Source: Alphaproteobacteria bacterium | GTDB lineage: Bacteria; Pseudomonadota; Alphaproteobacteria; CALKHQ01 | Assembly: GCA_965227515.1 (NCBI GenBank) | Contig: CBDDFZ010000001.1 | Span: 1,248,001 to 1,312,000 of the forward strand | Direction: 5' to 3' | Length of the DNA: 64,000 nucleotides | Shown: positions 30,832 through 41,284 of the stretch, one piece after another | Layout of the letters: each line of letters starts with the position of its first letter | Position numbering within the stretch: the first letter of the stretch is position 1 | Notes under the pieces: generated by a model | What the model saw: only the letters and a program-made list of their open reading frames with translations | Told to the model about the DNA's origin: nothing | The model's database searches: none | Program-made: the position numbers and the translations under genes

Positions 30832-31962
30832 ATGGGTCTTTGGGACAAGATCACCGGCGAATTCATCGATATCATCGAGTGGTTGGATAATTCCAACGAC
30901 ACGATGGTCTATCGGTTCGAGCGCTATGGCAACGAGATCAAGTACGGCGCGAAACTGACGGTCCGTCAGGCCCAGGAGGCGGTGTTCGTCAACGAGGGCC
31001 AGTGCGCGGACATCTTCGGCCCCGGCATGTACACGCTGGAAACCCAGAACATGCCGGTCATGTCCACCCTGCAGGGGTGGAAATACGGCTTCTCCAGCCC
31101 GTTCAAGGCCGAGGTCTATTTCATCTCCACCCGCCGCTTCACCGACCTGAAGTGGGGGACCAAGAACCCGATCATGCTGCGCGACCCCGAGTTCGGGCCG
31201 ATCCGGCTGCGCGCCTTCGGCACCTACGCGATGCGGGTCTCCAAGTCCGATGTGTTCATGCGTGAGATCGTGGGCACCGACGGCCACTTCACCACCGCCG
31301 AAATCACCAACCAGTTGCGCAACCTGATCGTGTCGCGGTTCGCCAACATCATCGGCCAATCGAAGATTCCGGCGCTGGACCTGGCCGGCAACTACGACCA
31401 GCTCGGCGAGTTCCTGACCGAGCGGCTGGCGCCCGAGTTCGACGCCTATGGCATCGAGCTGACAAAGTTCCTGGTCGAGAACATCTCGCTGCCGTCGAAG
31501 GTGGAAGAGGCGCTGGACAAGCGCACCAGCATGGGCGTGGTCGGCGACCTGTCCAAGTACACCCAGTTCCAGACCGCCGAGGCGATCGGCGATGCCGCCG
31601 ACGCACCGGGCGGGGCCGCGGCCAGCGGCATGGGCATGGGCATGGGCTTCGCGATGGCCAACCAGATGGCGCAGAACTTCGGCCAGCCCGGCGGGAATCA
31701 GGGCGGGAATCAGGGCGCGGCACAGCCCGCCGCCGCCGCACCGCCGCCGCTGCCGCAGCAGACCCAGTATTTCGCCGCGCTGAACGGCCAGCAGGCCGGC
31801 CCGTTCGACATGGCCGCACTGCAGGGCCAGGTATCCTCCGGCCAGGTGACCCGCGACACCCTGGTCTGGTGCGCCGGCATGGCCAACTGGACCAAGGCCG
31901 GCGAGGTCGCCGAACTTTCCAACCTGTTCGCCGCAGCGCCGCCACCCTTGCCGCCGGCATGA
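30832..31962 (+). CDS. SPFH/band-7 protein (YdjI-like) with C-terminal GYF_2 domain
   Basis: IDIIEW, SPFKAEVYF, KWGTKNP, LRAFG, GMGMGMG; tail QQAGPF...TLVW..GM.NW. Confidence 0.85.
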   Translation: MGLWDKITGEFIDIIEWLDNSNDTMVYRFERYGNEIKYGAKLTVRQAQEAVFVNEGQCADIFGPGMYTLETQNMPVMSTLQGWKYGFSSPFKAEVYFISTRRFTDLKWGTKNPIMLRDPEFGPIRLRAFGTYAMRVSKSDVFMREIVGTDGHFTTAEITNQLRNLIVSRFANIIGQSKIPALDLAGNYDQLGEFLTERLAPEFDAYGIELTKFLVENISLPSKVEEALDKRTSMGVVGDLSKYTQFQTAEAIGDAADAPGGAAASGMGMGMGFAMANQMAQNFGQPGGNQGGNQGAAQPAAAAPPPLPQQTQYFAALNGQQAGPFDMAALQGQVSSGQVTRDTLVWCAGMANWTKAGEVAELSNLFAAAPPPLPPA

Positions 31963-32060
31963 GGTTTCGGCCGCCTGGCCGCTGACAACCGATTATCCGC
32001 CCTGGCCCGATATTCGTTCGGGCCCGACGATCAGTTCGATTCACGACGGGACCATACGGC

Positions 32061-33227
32061 ATGAGCATGCGCGACGACTTGACGCCTCCACCCCTGGACG
32101 AGGCGGCGCCGGTCGACGAAGTGGACGCCGCGACCGATGCCGAGGAAGCGGCCTTCGACCGCCGCGAGCGGCAGTTCCCCTGCGAGCAATGCGGCAGCAA
32201 CCTGGCGTTCAAGCCCGGCACCAGCCACCTGGTCTGCCAGTATTGCGGCCACGACAACCAGATCCCGCAGTCCGAAGCCGACATCAAGGAGCTCGATTTC
32301 GAGCAGGCGCTGCGCGATGGCGCCGCGCAGATGGAGATGGAAACGACGCGCGTGGTCCGCTGCGAGGGCTGCGGCGCGGAGTTCACGCTGGACCCGAACA
32401 TCCAGGCGGAATCCTGCCCGTTCTGCGACTCTCCACAAGTGGTCGACGGCGGCAGCAACCAGCACATAAAACCGCAGTCGCTGTTGCCGTTCGGCCTGGA
32501 CCAGAAGGCCGCACGCGGCGCCTTCGCCAAGTGGCTGGGCGGGCTGTGGTTCGCCCCCAACAAGGTGAAGAAGTACGCCCGGGTCGATGGCGAGCTGAAC
32601 GGCATGTATGTGCCGTACTGGACGTACGATGCCGCCACCACCACCCACTATCGCGGCCAGCGCGGCACCCGCTACACGGTCACGGTGGGGTCGGGCCAGA
32701 ACCGGCGCACCGTCACCAAGATCCGCTGGCGCAACGTCAGTGGCACGGTGTGGCGCGACTTCGACGATGTGCTGGTGCTGGCCAGCAACACGCTGCCACG
32801 CAAGCAGACCGAGCGGCTGGAGCCGTGGGACCTGGAGAATCTGGCCGGCTACGATGACGCCTATCTCGCCGGGTTCCGCGCCGAGAGCTATCAGATCGAC
32901 CTGAAGGGCGGCTTCGACCTGGCCAAGAAGATCATGGAGCGCCAGATCCGCCGCGACATCCGCCGCGACATCGGCGGCGATGCCCAGCGCATCCTCTCGA
33001 TGACCACGCAACACCGGAAGGTGACCTACAAGCACGTGCTGCTGCCGATCTGGGTCAGCGCCTACCGGCAGGGCGAGAAGGTCTGGCGCTTCGTTGTCAA
33101 CGCGCGCACCGGCGAAGTCCAGGGCGAGAGGCCGTACAGCTGGGTCAAGATCGGCTTTGCCGTGCTGGCAGTTGTGGTTGTGGCGGCGGCCGCGTGGTAT
33201 GGGTTCGAATACTTCTCGGCGCAATAG
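32061..33227 (+). CDS. Zinc-ribbon membrane protein (YdjG-like)
   Basis: Four CxxC motifs, Y.PYWTYD, LLPIW, VNARTGEV.GERP and a C-terminal TM. Confidence 0.8.
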   Translation: MSMRDDLTPPPLDEAAPVDEVDAATDAEEAAFDRRERQFPCEQCGSNLAFKPGTSHLVCQYCGHDNQIPQSEADIKELDFEQALRDGAAQMEMETTRVVRCEGCGAEFTLDPNIQAESCPFCDSPQVVDGGSNQHIKPQSLLPFGLDQKAARGAFAKWLGGLWFAPNKVKKYARVDGELNGMYVPYWTYDAATTTHYRGQRGTRYTVTVGSGQNRRTVTKIRWRNVSGTVWRDFDDVLVLASNTLPRKQTERLEPWDLENLAGYDDAYLAGFRAESYQIDLKGGFDLAKKIMERQIRRDIRRDIGGDAQRILSMTTQHRKVTYKHVLLPIWVSAYRQGEKVWRFVVNARTGEVQGERPYSWVKIGFAVLAVVVVAAAAWYGFEYFSAQ

Positions 33228-33282
33228 ATTTGCAACGAAGACTGTTTCGGTGACGAATGGTTAACGAACGTTCACCTAGGGT

Positions 33283-35052
33283 GTGCGCCACAGGCCGATC
33301 ACATCATATCGGAACCAGGGTTTGGCTACATCGCTGACAGAGCTGCGCACACTACCGGTTGCGGCGGAAGCCGTGCCGGATGCCGATATCTTGTTGGCCG
33401 CCATTGACGACCCGCTGATCGTTGTCGAGACCGACGGCGACCTCCTGCCGGCCAACGAACCGGCCCAGTCGCTGGTTGACCGGTACGCCGATGCCGATCC
33501 GTCTCCGCTCGCCGAAATTTTGACCAAGAACGCCGGCCGCGTGGCCGCCAGCGCCAAGGCGACCTCCGAGGTCGTCATGCTGGCGGATACCGGCTGCATC
33601 AAGGTGGTGACCTGGCCGATGCCGGACGGGCGCGCCCTGTGCCTGGTGCGCGACGCCAGCGTCGAGATGAGCCTGCGCAACGTGCTGGTGTCGTCCCGCC
33701 AGCGCTACAAGGACCTGGTCGAGGCGGTTGCGGACTTCGTGTGGGAATGCGACCCCGCCGGGTCGTTCGTCCACATCTCGCACCATGGCGGCATGGGCTA
33801 TGACGCCGACGACCTGATCGGCCGTGACCCGGACAAGTTCGTCGCATCCCGCAGCGCGGCACGCTGGCCGGCGACGGCGACAGAGCCGGTGCACGGCCTG
33901 GACGTGTGGGTGACCGGCGCCGCGGGCAAGGATATCTGCCTGACACTGGACGCCGTGCCGTTCGACGACGGCGTGGACGGCCGGCGGGGCGTGCGCGGCA
34001 TCGCCCGCGATGTCACCGAGGTGCGGATGCGCGACCAGCAACTGGCGCGCGCCCAGACCCGCGAGCGCATGGTCAGCAGCATCCTGCAGGCGATGCGCAC
34101 CGAATGGCGGCCCATTGACATGCTGCGTGCCGCCGCCGGCACCATCCGGCGTGAGTTCGGGGCGCTGGCCTGCGCCATCTATCGGCCGGACCAGGACCCG
34201 GCCGACGATGCACCGCTGGTTGCCGCCGGAACGCCGCTGGAGCCGCAGAGGACCCGCCGCCTGCGCCGCGCGCTGGCGACCGACGCCCTGGTGATGCACG
34301 ACACCTCCATTGCCTGCCCGGCGCTGGGCATGGCGCTGCAATGCCGCGGCCGGCGCATGGGCGTGCTCGTGGTCTGGCGTGCCGCCGACCGGCCGGCATG
34401 GTCCGACAGCGACCTCAGCATGCTGCATGCGCTGGAAGTGCAAATCGGCACCGTGCTGCAGCAGCTCGCCGACTTCGAGCGGTTGGCGGAGCTGTCCCGC
34501 ACCGACGAGCTGACCGGCCTGTTGAACCGGCGGGCGTTCACCGACGACATCACCTCCGCCATGGCGCGCGCGCGTCGTGTCAGCCAGCCGGCGGCGCTTC
34601 TGTACGTCGATCTGGACAACTTCAAGCTGTTGAACGACATGCACGGCCACGATGCCGGCGACAACGCCCTGCGCGAAGTGGCGGCGGTGCTGACCCGTGC
34701 CGTGCGCCCGTACGACATTGCCGCGCGGATCGGCGGCGACGAGTTCGCGCTGTGGCTGGAGGATATCGAGCCCGCCGCGGCCGCCCGCCGCGCCCGCCGC
34801 CTGCTGGGCGATCTGCGCCGCTGGGCGATGTTGCAGCCCGGCACCTCGCGCCCGCTCGGGGCGTCCATCGGCGTTGCGGTCTTCGATCCCAAGGCCGAAG
34901 AGCCGGCAGCCGCCTTCATCGACCGGGCCGACCGGGCGATGTATCGGGCCAAACAGGCCGGGCGCAACCGCATCTCCATCGCCCGCGCGCCGAAAGCCCC
35001 GGCGGACAAGGCCGCCAAGGCGGCAGGCGACACCCGGGCGAAAAAGGCTTAG
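33283..35052 (+). CDS. PAS-GAF-GGDEF diguanylate cyclase
   Basis: DFVWE (PAS), TDELTGLLNRR, DLDNFK..ND.HGH..GD, RPYD I-site and GGDEF. Start uncertain. Confidence 0.92.
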   Translation: MRHRPITSYRNQGLATSLTELRTLPVAAEAVPDADILLAAIDDPLIVVETDGDLLPANEPAQSLVDRYADADPSPLAEILTKNAGRVAASAKATSEVVMLADTGCIKVVTWPMPDGRALCLVRDASVEMSLRNVLVSSRQRYKDLVEAVADFVWECDPAGSFVHISHHGGMGYDADDLIGRDPDKFVASRSAARWPATATEPVHGLDVWVTGAAGKDICLTLDAVPFDDGVDGRRGVRGIARDVTEVRMRDQQLARAQTRERMVSSILQAMRTEWRPIDMLRAAAGTIRREFGALACAIYRPDQDPADDAPLVAAGTPLEPQRTRRLRRALATDALVMHDTSIACPALGMALQCRGRRMGVLVVWRAADRPAWSDSDLSMLHALEVQIGTVLQQLADFERLAELSRTDELTGLLNRRAFTDDITSAMARARRVSQPAALLYVDLDNFKLLNDMHGHDAGDNALREVAAVLTRAVRPYDIAARIGGDEFALWLEDIEPAAAARRARRLLGDLRRWAMLQPGTSRPLGASIGVAVFDPKAEEPAAAFIDRADRAMYRAKQAGRNRISIARAPKAPADKAAKAAGDTRAKKA

Positions 35053-35071
35053 GCCCAAATAGTATCTGGCG

Positions 35072-35108
35072 TTTCGCACCCGCCCGAGGGTGCGAAAGCG
35101 TTGATTTT
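35072..35108 (+). terminator. Putative intrinsic terminator
   Basis: 10-bp perfect stem TTTCGCACCC/GGGTGCGAAA followed by a T-rich tail. Confidence 0.55.
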
Positions 35109-35334
35109 GCGCGCCTTTCGCAGCCCGCAACTCCCGCCGACCCCCCTACAGCTTACTCCCCTTGGACGGATTGTCCGGGCACGGGGCGCGTCGTATCTGG
35201 AGTCCAGGCACCCATCTCGAAACTCCGCTCGGCGAGTGCTCACACGACAATTGGGGCATGTCATCAGGAGGGGGCGGCATGGGCACCGGCGCAAGGCCGG
35301 TCCCGGCCGGATGACGCGCAGAGGAGACCAGGCC

Positions 35335-36180
35335 GTGAAGATTAGCTCTAGTACCAAGGCGAAGATCAAGGAACTCGGCGAGGACGTGGCGCCGGAAGTG
35401 TTGGCGATCGGGCTCGGCCAGACCGCCGGCGTGATCGAGGAGTTTTCCGGCTTCCCGGTGACGTTGCTGCTGGAAGCCGGCATGACGATCTACGAGATCA
35501 TCGAGGCGGTCGAGAAGAACGAGATGATCGCCAACCCGAAGCTGATGCTGCACGGGTTGGGCGAGGGCAACTCGCCCCAGGTCAAACACTACATGCGCGT
35601 CCGCAAGGCCAAGAAGATCGGCGGCGCGATTTACAGCTTCACCGGCACCGGCCTGCAGGTCGGGTTGGACGTGGCCGGCTTCGGCATGGGCGGCGTCGAC
35701 GCGTTCGGCCTGGCCAAGCACGGCGCGGCCGAAGCCTCCACCGTTGCTCACCTGACGCGGCTGGCGATCCTGTCGCGTAAGGTCAAGGGCAGCCGCTATC
35801 TGACCGATCTCTTGGAAGACATCGTCAAGGTCAAGCTGGCCAAGGCCACGGTGCGCGGGGGCAAGTTGGCGGCGGCCGCCATCCCCAACTCCATCGCGTC
35901 CAACGTGGTGTCGATCGCCGTGTCACTGGGGGCGGCCACGGCGTCGTCGCTGTTGAAGGAACTGGTCAACCGGGTGGCCTGCGAGCTCCATTGGCGCGCC
36001 TATCAGGAACTGACCATCGGCCGCGTCCATGGTGGTGGCTTCGGTCCGGCGTGCAAGATGGTGCAGGAGATCATGAACCACACCTTATCGACCGACTTCG
36101 TACCGACGCCCGACACCAAGAAGTTCTTGCTGGAGCCGGGCGGCTATCTGGTGATCAAGGACAAGCTGAGCATGCTGTGA
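35335..36180 (+). CDS. Hypothetical protein with Gly/Ala-rich hydrophobic helices
   Basis: GAGGAG RBS before GTG at 35335; host-like codon usage over 281 aa; no family recognised. Confidence 0.75.
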   Translation: MKISSSTKAKIKELGEDVAPEVLAIGLGQTAGVIEEFSGFPVTLLLEAGMTIYEIIEAVEKNEMIANPKLMLHGLGEGNSPQVKHYMRVRKAKKIGGAIYSFTGTGLQVGLDVAGFGMGGVDAFGLAKHGAAEASTVAHLTRLAILSRKVKGSRYLTDLLEDIVKVKLAKATVRGGKLAAAAIPNSIASNVVSIAVSLGAATASSLLKELVNRVACELHWRAYQELTIGRVHGGGFGPACKMVQEIMNHTLSTDFVPTPDTKKFLLEPGGYLVIKDKLSML

Positions 36181-36411
36181 TGCTGGTGCCGCGCGCTGCG
36201 GTTCTCGCTCGATAGTGACGGCCCGGCCGTCCGGCGATGGCAAGCATCGCCGGGCGGTCGTTGCTTGTGGTGGGTGCGAACGTCGGTCAAGATGGCGTGG
36301 CAAGACGCGTGGACGATGGGATCTGACACCGCCTGGTGGATGGCGCGACTGGCCGGACAACCCAGGGAACTGGGCGGTCGGCGCGCCGCTGGGCTTGGGA
36401 GAGTGTGTCGC

Positions 36412-37083
36412 ATGCCCACCGTCAACAACACCAACAGCACCGTCATTGCCCGCGCCAACTGCGCCTGCTGTGCGTTCGGCGCGCTGTTCAACCTGAGCGC
36501 GCACGATGTGATGACCCAGATTTACGGCATGCTGGGCCGCAACGTGCCCAGCGGCAGCAGCCAGGAAAATGCCGGCGACGACGCCTTCGCCATAATCTGG
36601 ATGGAGGCGCACAACGAGCAGCCCGGTACGGGCCTGCACCTGCTGGAGCAGCAGCTTGGCGGGGTTGTCCAGATGCTTCAGCACAAGGGTGTGCAATGCA
36701 CGCAGCTTGGCACCGTGCAACAGCCGCTGACCAAGTGGCAGGCGATCCAGACGGTCAGGCGGTTGCCGGAGGGCACCCGTTTCCTCTGCCTGACCGGCGA
36801 GAACATGGGGGCCGGCATGGCGTTGCAGCCGCACTGGACCTATAGCCAGGTCGAAGACGGTGTCGGCATGTACTACGACTACCAATTGAACACGACCGAT
36901 CCCCATGTGACCGACCAGCTCAACTACGCCCACCAGCGGACGCTGGATTTCAGGGCCCGCTTGCGGCATCGTCCGCAGGACAATCTGTGGGGCCGCCCGC
37001 TTGTGTCGATGGAACCTCTTGGACCGCTGGGGCAGCGGCTCGACGATGACCAGGGCCGCGCGGTTGTGTTGCAGATCCACTGA
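36412..37083 (+). CDS. Putative papain-fold (Tox-PL-like) peptidase/deamidase
   Basis: GGAGAG RBS; N-C17-xx-C...LPEGTRF...H141...D156-x-Q158. Confidence 0.6.
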   Translation: MPTVNNTNSTVIARANCACCAFGALFNLSAHDVMTQIYGMLGRNVPSGSSQENAGDDAFAIIWMEAHNEQPGTGLHLLEQQLGGVVQMLQHKGVQCTQLGTVQQPLTKWQAIQTVRRLPEGTRFLCLTGENMGAGMALQPHWTYSQVEDGVGMYYDYQLNTTDPHVTDQLNYAHQRTLDFRARLRHRPQDNLWGRPLVSMEPLGPLGQRLDDDQGRAVVLQIH

Positions 37084-37115
37084 CGGTTTCTATGGGCCAT
37101 GGCGGGCGACGTTTG

Positions 37116-37769
37116 ATGCTGACGGTTTGGGGGCGGGCGACCTCGTCCAACGTACAGGCGCTGATGTGGTGCATCGGCGAGCTTGGGCTGGCGTATGAGC
37201 GCCACGATATCGGCCACCGCTACGGCGGCACCGATACCGACGCGTTCTTCGCGCTGAACCCGAACCGGACCGTGCCGGTGATCCAGGACGGCGACAACCC
37301 GCCGCTGTGGGAGACCGGCGCCATCCTGCGCTATCTCGCCGCCCGCTATGGCGCGGCCGCGCTGGGTGACGCCTTCTGGCCCAGCGACCTGATGGCGCGC
37401 ACCGAGGTCGACCGGTGGACCGAGTGGGCGAAGCTCAACGTGGCGCTGACTTTCACCCGGCCAATCTTCTGGAAGGTGGTGCGCACCGCGCCCGGCGCGC
37501 GCGACCACGCCGCCATCCGCGCCGGCATCGACCATTTCGAGGCCAACCTGGCCATCGCGGCACCGCGGCTTGGCGCGCACGCCTATCTGGCCGGCGACGA
37601 CTTCACCCTGGCCGATATCCAGTTCGGCCATGTGCTCTATCGCTACTATGACATCGACATCGCGCGCGCCGACCTGCCCGCGGTCGCCGACTACTACCAG
37701 CGGCTGACCGAACGCCCCGCGTTCCGCGAGCATGTGATGATCTCGTACGAGGAATTGCGGGTGCTCTGA
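37116..37769 (+). CDS. Glutathione S-transferase (GstB-like)
   Basis: VWGR.TSSNVQ, LNPN..VP, LWETGAILRYL and FTLADI. Confidence 0.93.
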   Translation: MLTVWGRATSSNVQALMWCIGELGLAYERHDIGHRYGGTDTDAFFALNPNRTVPVIQDGDNPPLWETGAILRYLAARYGAAALGDAFWPSDLMARTEVDRWTEWAKLNVALTFTRPIFWKVVRTAPGARDHAAIRAGIDHFEANLAIAAPRLGAHAYLAGDDFTLADIQFGHVLYRYYDIDIARADLPAVADYYQRLTERPAFREHVMISYEELRVL

Positions 37770-37831
37770 CCGGCGCGCGTCACCCGCGCCACATCGACAA
37801 AGCCCGCGCGCTCCAACATACTCGCCGGCCC

Positions 37832-40823
37832 ATGGCCGACCGCGACTGGACAATCGACGCCGCACACCTGCCCCGGCATGCCAACGAGGGCACGCTGGAG
37901 CGCGGCCGCGATGACTGGGCGGCCGCCATCGACGCATGCGATCCCGCCGAGGCGGACAGGGCTGCGCGCGCCCGGTTGCGCGAGGGCGAGAATGCCGCGC
38001 TGTTCGACGCGGTCTTCGCCAACTCGCCATTTCTGACCCAGCTCGCGCTGCGCCATGTGCCGTTGTGTGCGCGGCTGCTGGCGACCGGCCCGGACGCGGC
38101 CATGGCGCACATCCTGGACGGTCTCGAGCAGGCGTTCGCCGATCCGCTGTCGACGGCCGACGCCGGGCGCATGCTGCGCCGCGCGCGCCAGCAAGCCGCC
38201 CTGGTGGTCGGTCTGGCGGACCTGGCGGGTGTGTGGACCTTGGCCGAGGTCACCGGCGCACTGACGGACTTCGCCGACCTGGCGGTGCGGCTGGCGCTGC
38301 GTACGCTGATCCGCGAGGGCGGGACGCGCAAGGCCTGGACGCTGCCGGACGTCCCGGACCCGGAGCGGCATTTCGGCCTGGTCTGCCTGGGCATGGGCAA
38401 GCTCGGCGCGCGCGAGCTCAACTACTCGTCCGACATCGACCTGGTGCTGTTCCATGACGACCAGTGGATCGACGGCGCCCGGGCCGGGGAACTGAACACC
38501 GCGTTCGGGCGGGTCGCGCGTGGTCTCACCGGGCTGATGGATAACCGCACGGTCGACGGCTACGTCTTCCGCACCGACCTGCGCCTGCGCCCCGACCCGG
38601 GCGCGACCCCGCCGGTTATCGCCCTGTCGGCGGCCGAGACCTACTACCACTCGGTCGGCCAGACCTGGGAGCGGGCGGCGATGATCAAGGCCCGCGCCAT
38701 CTGCGGCCATCCCGGCGCGGTGAAGGATGCCCAATCCATCCTGCACCCGTTCGTCTGGCGCAAGCACCTGGACTTCTATGCCATCGCCGATGTGCACGCG
38801 ATCAAGAACCAGATCCACGCCCACAAGGGCGGTGCGAAAATCACCGTGCGCGGCCACAACATCAAGCTGGGGCGCGGCGGCATTCGCGAGATTGAGTTCT
38901 TCGCCCAGACCCAGCAGTTGATCTGGGGCGGGCGGCTGCCGGCGCTGCGGGTGCCGGCGACGACGAAGGCGATCGCGGCCCTGCAGAGCGCCGACCTGAT
39001 CGGCGCCAAGACCGCCGAGGAGATGGTCGCCTCCTACGCCTATCTGCGCAAACTCGAACACCGCCTGCAGATGATCGACGACCGCCAGACCCACACGGTG
39101 CCGGAGGACGACGAGGGCCTGGCCCATATCGCCGCGTTCATGGGCTATCCCGACGCCGAGCCGTTCGCCGCCGACCTGACCGCCCATCTGGAACGGGTCC
39201 ACCGCCACTATGCGGTGCTGTTCGAGGAGGCTGCCCGGCCGCGCAGCACGCCGGGCAATCTGGTCTTCACCGGCTCCGACAACGACCCGGAGACGATGGA
39301 GACCCTCCGCGGGCTGGGCTTCGAGGATCCGGAGCGGATCGCGCCGCTGGTTCGTTCCTGGTTCGCCGGGCGCTACCGCGCCATGCGCACCGAGCGGGCC
39401 AACCACCTGCTGACGACGATGCTGCCCGACATCTTGGCCGCGTTCGGCCGCACCTCGTCGCCCGATGCGGCGGTTGTGCGGTTCGACCGGTTCATCAGCG
39501 GGCTGCCGTCGGGCGTGCAGTTGTTCTCGCTGCTTTATGCCAACCGCCACCTGATCGCGCTGTTGACCGAACTTCTGGGCACGGCACCCCGGCTGGCCGA
39601 GCTGCTGGCGGCCGACAGCGGCCTGTTCGACGCGGTGCTGCAGCCCGGCTTCTTCGAGGACCTGCCGACCCGTGAACGGATCGACGCGACGCTAGCCGAG
39701 CGGCTGGAACAGGCGGGCGATTATCAGGACGCGCTCGATACGGTGCGCCGGATGGCGGCGGAAGTGCGCTTCCAGGTCGGGGTGCAGATGATCCACGGCG
39801 GCCAGACGGTCGATGCCGCCGGCAACGCGCTGAGCGACCTGGCGGACGCCGTGATCTGCGCCCTGCTGCCCTGGGTGGCCGACGACTTCGCGCAGAAGTA
39901 CGGAACCCTGCCCGGCGGCGCGTTCGCGGTGGTGGCGCTAGGCAAGCTCGGCAGCCGGGAGCTGGACCGAGCGGTCGGACCTGGACCTCGTCTTCATCTA
40001 CGATGTCGAGGACGAGAGCGCACGCTCCACCGGACCGCGCGAAATCGGCGCCGGCCAGTACTACGCCCAGTTCTGCCACCGCCTGATCGCAGCACTGACC
40101 GCGCCAACCGCGGAGGGCAAGCTCTACGAGGTAGACCTGCGGCTGCGCCCGTCCGGCAAGAACGCGCCGATCGCGGTCACCGCCGATGCCTTCGCCGCCT
40201 ACCACGAGGAGGCCGCGTGGACCTGGGAGCATCTGGCGCTGACCCGCGCGCGCATCGTCACCGCGCCGCCGACGCTTGCCGCGCGCATCTCCACGGCGAT
40301 CAACGCGGTCATCGCGCTGCCCCGCGATCCGGGTGAGCTCGCCGTCAGCGTCGACGACATGCGCCGCCGGGTGCAGAAGGAATTCGGCACCTCCGACTTC
40401 TGGCAGGTCAAGCACGTCGACGGCGGCCTGTTCGACCTGGACTTCATCGTCCAGTACCAGGTGCTGTGCCACGGCCAGAAGGTCGCCGGCCGTCGCCGCG
40501 ACAACGGCACCTGGCTGGAGGCGCTGGAGGAAGCGGGCGCGGTAAGCCGTGAGATGGCGCATAGCCTGCAGGCCGACCTTGGCCTGTGGCGCACCGTCCA
40601 GGCATTGCTGCGGCTGACGGTCGAGCAGCGCTTCGATCCGGAGGCAGCACCGGCCGCGCTCCGCGCCATGCTGGTGCGCGCCACCGGGGCCATTGACTTT
40701 GACGCCCTGACCGCGCAGATCGCAGATGCGGCGGCGGATGTGCGCCGCCACTATGACGAAATCATCGGCGCGCCCGCCGAAGCGGCACGGCGCGCATCCG
40801 AACAGCAGGAGGAAACAGCATGA
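37832..40823 (+). pseudogene. glnE: Glutamine synthetase adenylyltransferase/removase, frameshifted by one extra G at 39964-39965 (true lesion or sequencing error)
   Basis: First domain GMGKLGARELNYSSDIDL is intact. Removing one G in the second domain restores KLGSRELTERSDLDLVFIYD...LYEVDLRLRPSG...WTWEH and an open frame to the TGA at 40823. Confidence 0.9.
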
Positions 40824-41284
40824 GCTTGGACGTCGGTGACAAGGCGCCCGATTTCTCGATGCCCACCGATGGCGGCGGGTCGGTCTCGCTGGCCGACCTG
40901 AAGGGCAAGAACGTGGTGCTCTATTTCTACCCGAAGGACGACACGCCGGGCTGCACCAAGGAGGCCTGCGGTTTTCGCGACAACCTGCCCGATTTCACAG
41001 GCGCCAACGCCACCATCATCGGCGTGTCGAAGGACAGCCCGGCCAAGCACGACAAGTTCAAGGAGAAGTACGAGCTGCCGTTCACCCTGGCCTCCGACGA
41101 GGACGGCAAGGTGTGCGAGGCCTATGGCGTGTGGGTGGAGAAGAAGAACTACGGCCGCACCTACATGGGCATCGACCGCTCGACCTTCCTGATCGACGGT
41201 GAAGGCGTGCTGCGTGGCGTGTGGCGCAAGGTTCGCGTCGACGGCCATGTCGACAAGGTGCTGGCGGCGGCGAAGGATCTGTGA
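40820..41284 (+). CDS. bcp: Thioredoxin-dependent thiol peroxidase (BCP/PrxQ)
   Basis: VLYFYPKDDTPGCTKEAC.FRD. Confidence 0.95.
   Translation: MSLDVGDKAPDFSMPTDGGGSVSLADLKGKNVVLYFYPKDDTPGCTKEACGFRDNLPDFTGANATIIGVSKDSPAKHDKFKEKYELPFTLASDEDGKVCEAYGVWVEKKNYGRTYMGIDRSTFLIDGEGVLRGVWRKVRVDGHVDKVLAAAKDL

Noticed and set aside
35200-35320. c-di-GMP or other riboswitch in the leader after the diguanylate cyclase
   Set aside because: Hairpins exist, but I could not match a known aptamer consensus. An Rfam/Infernal scan would be needed.
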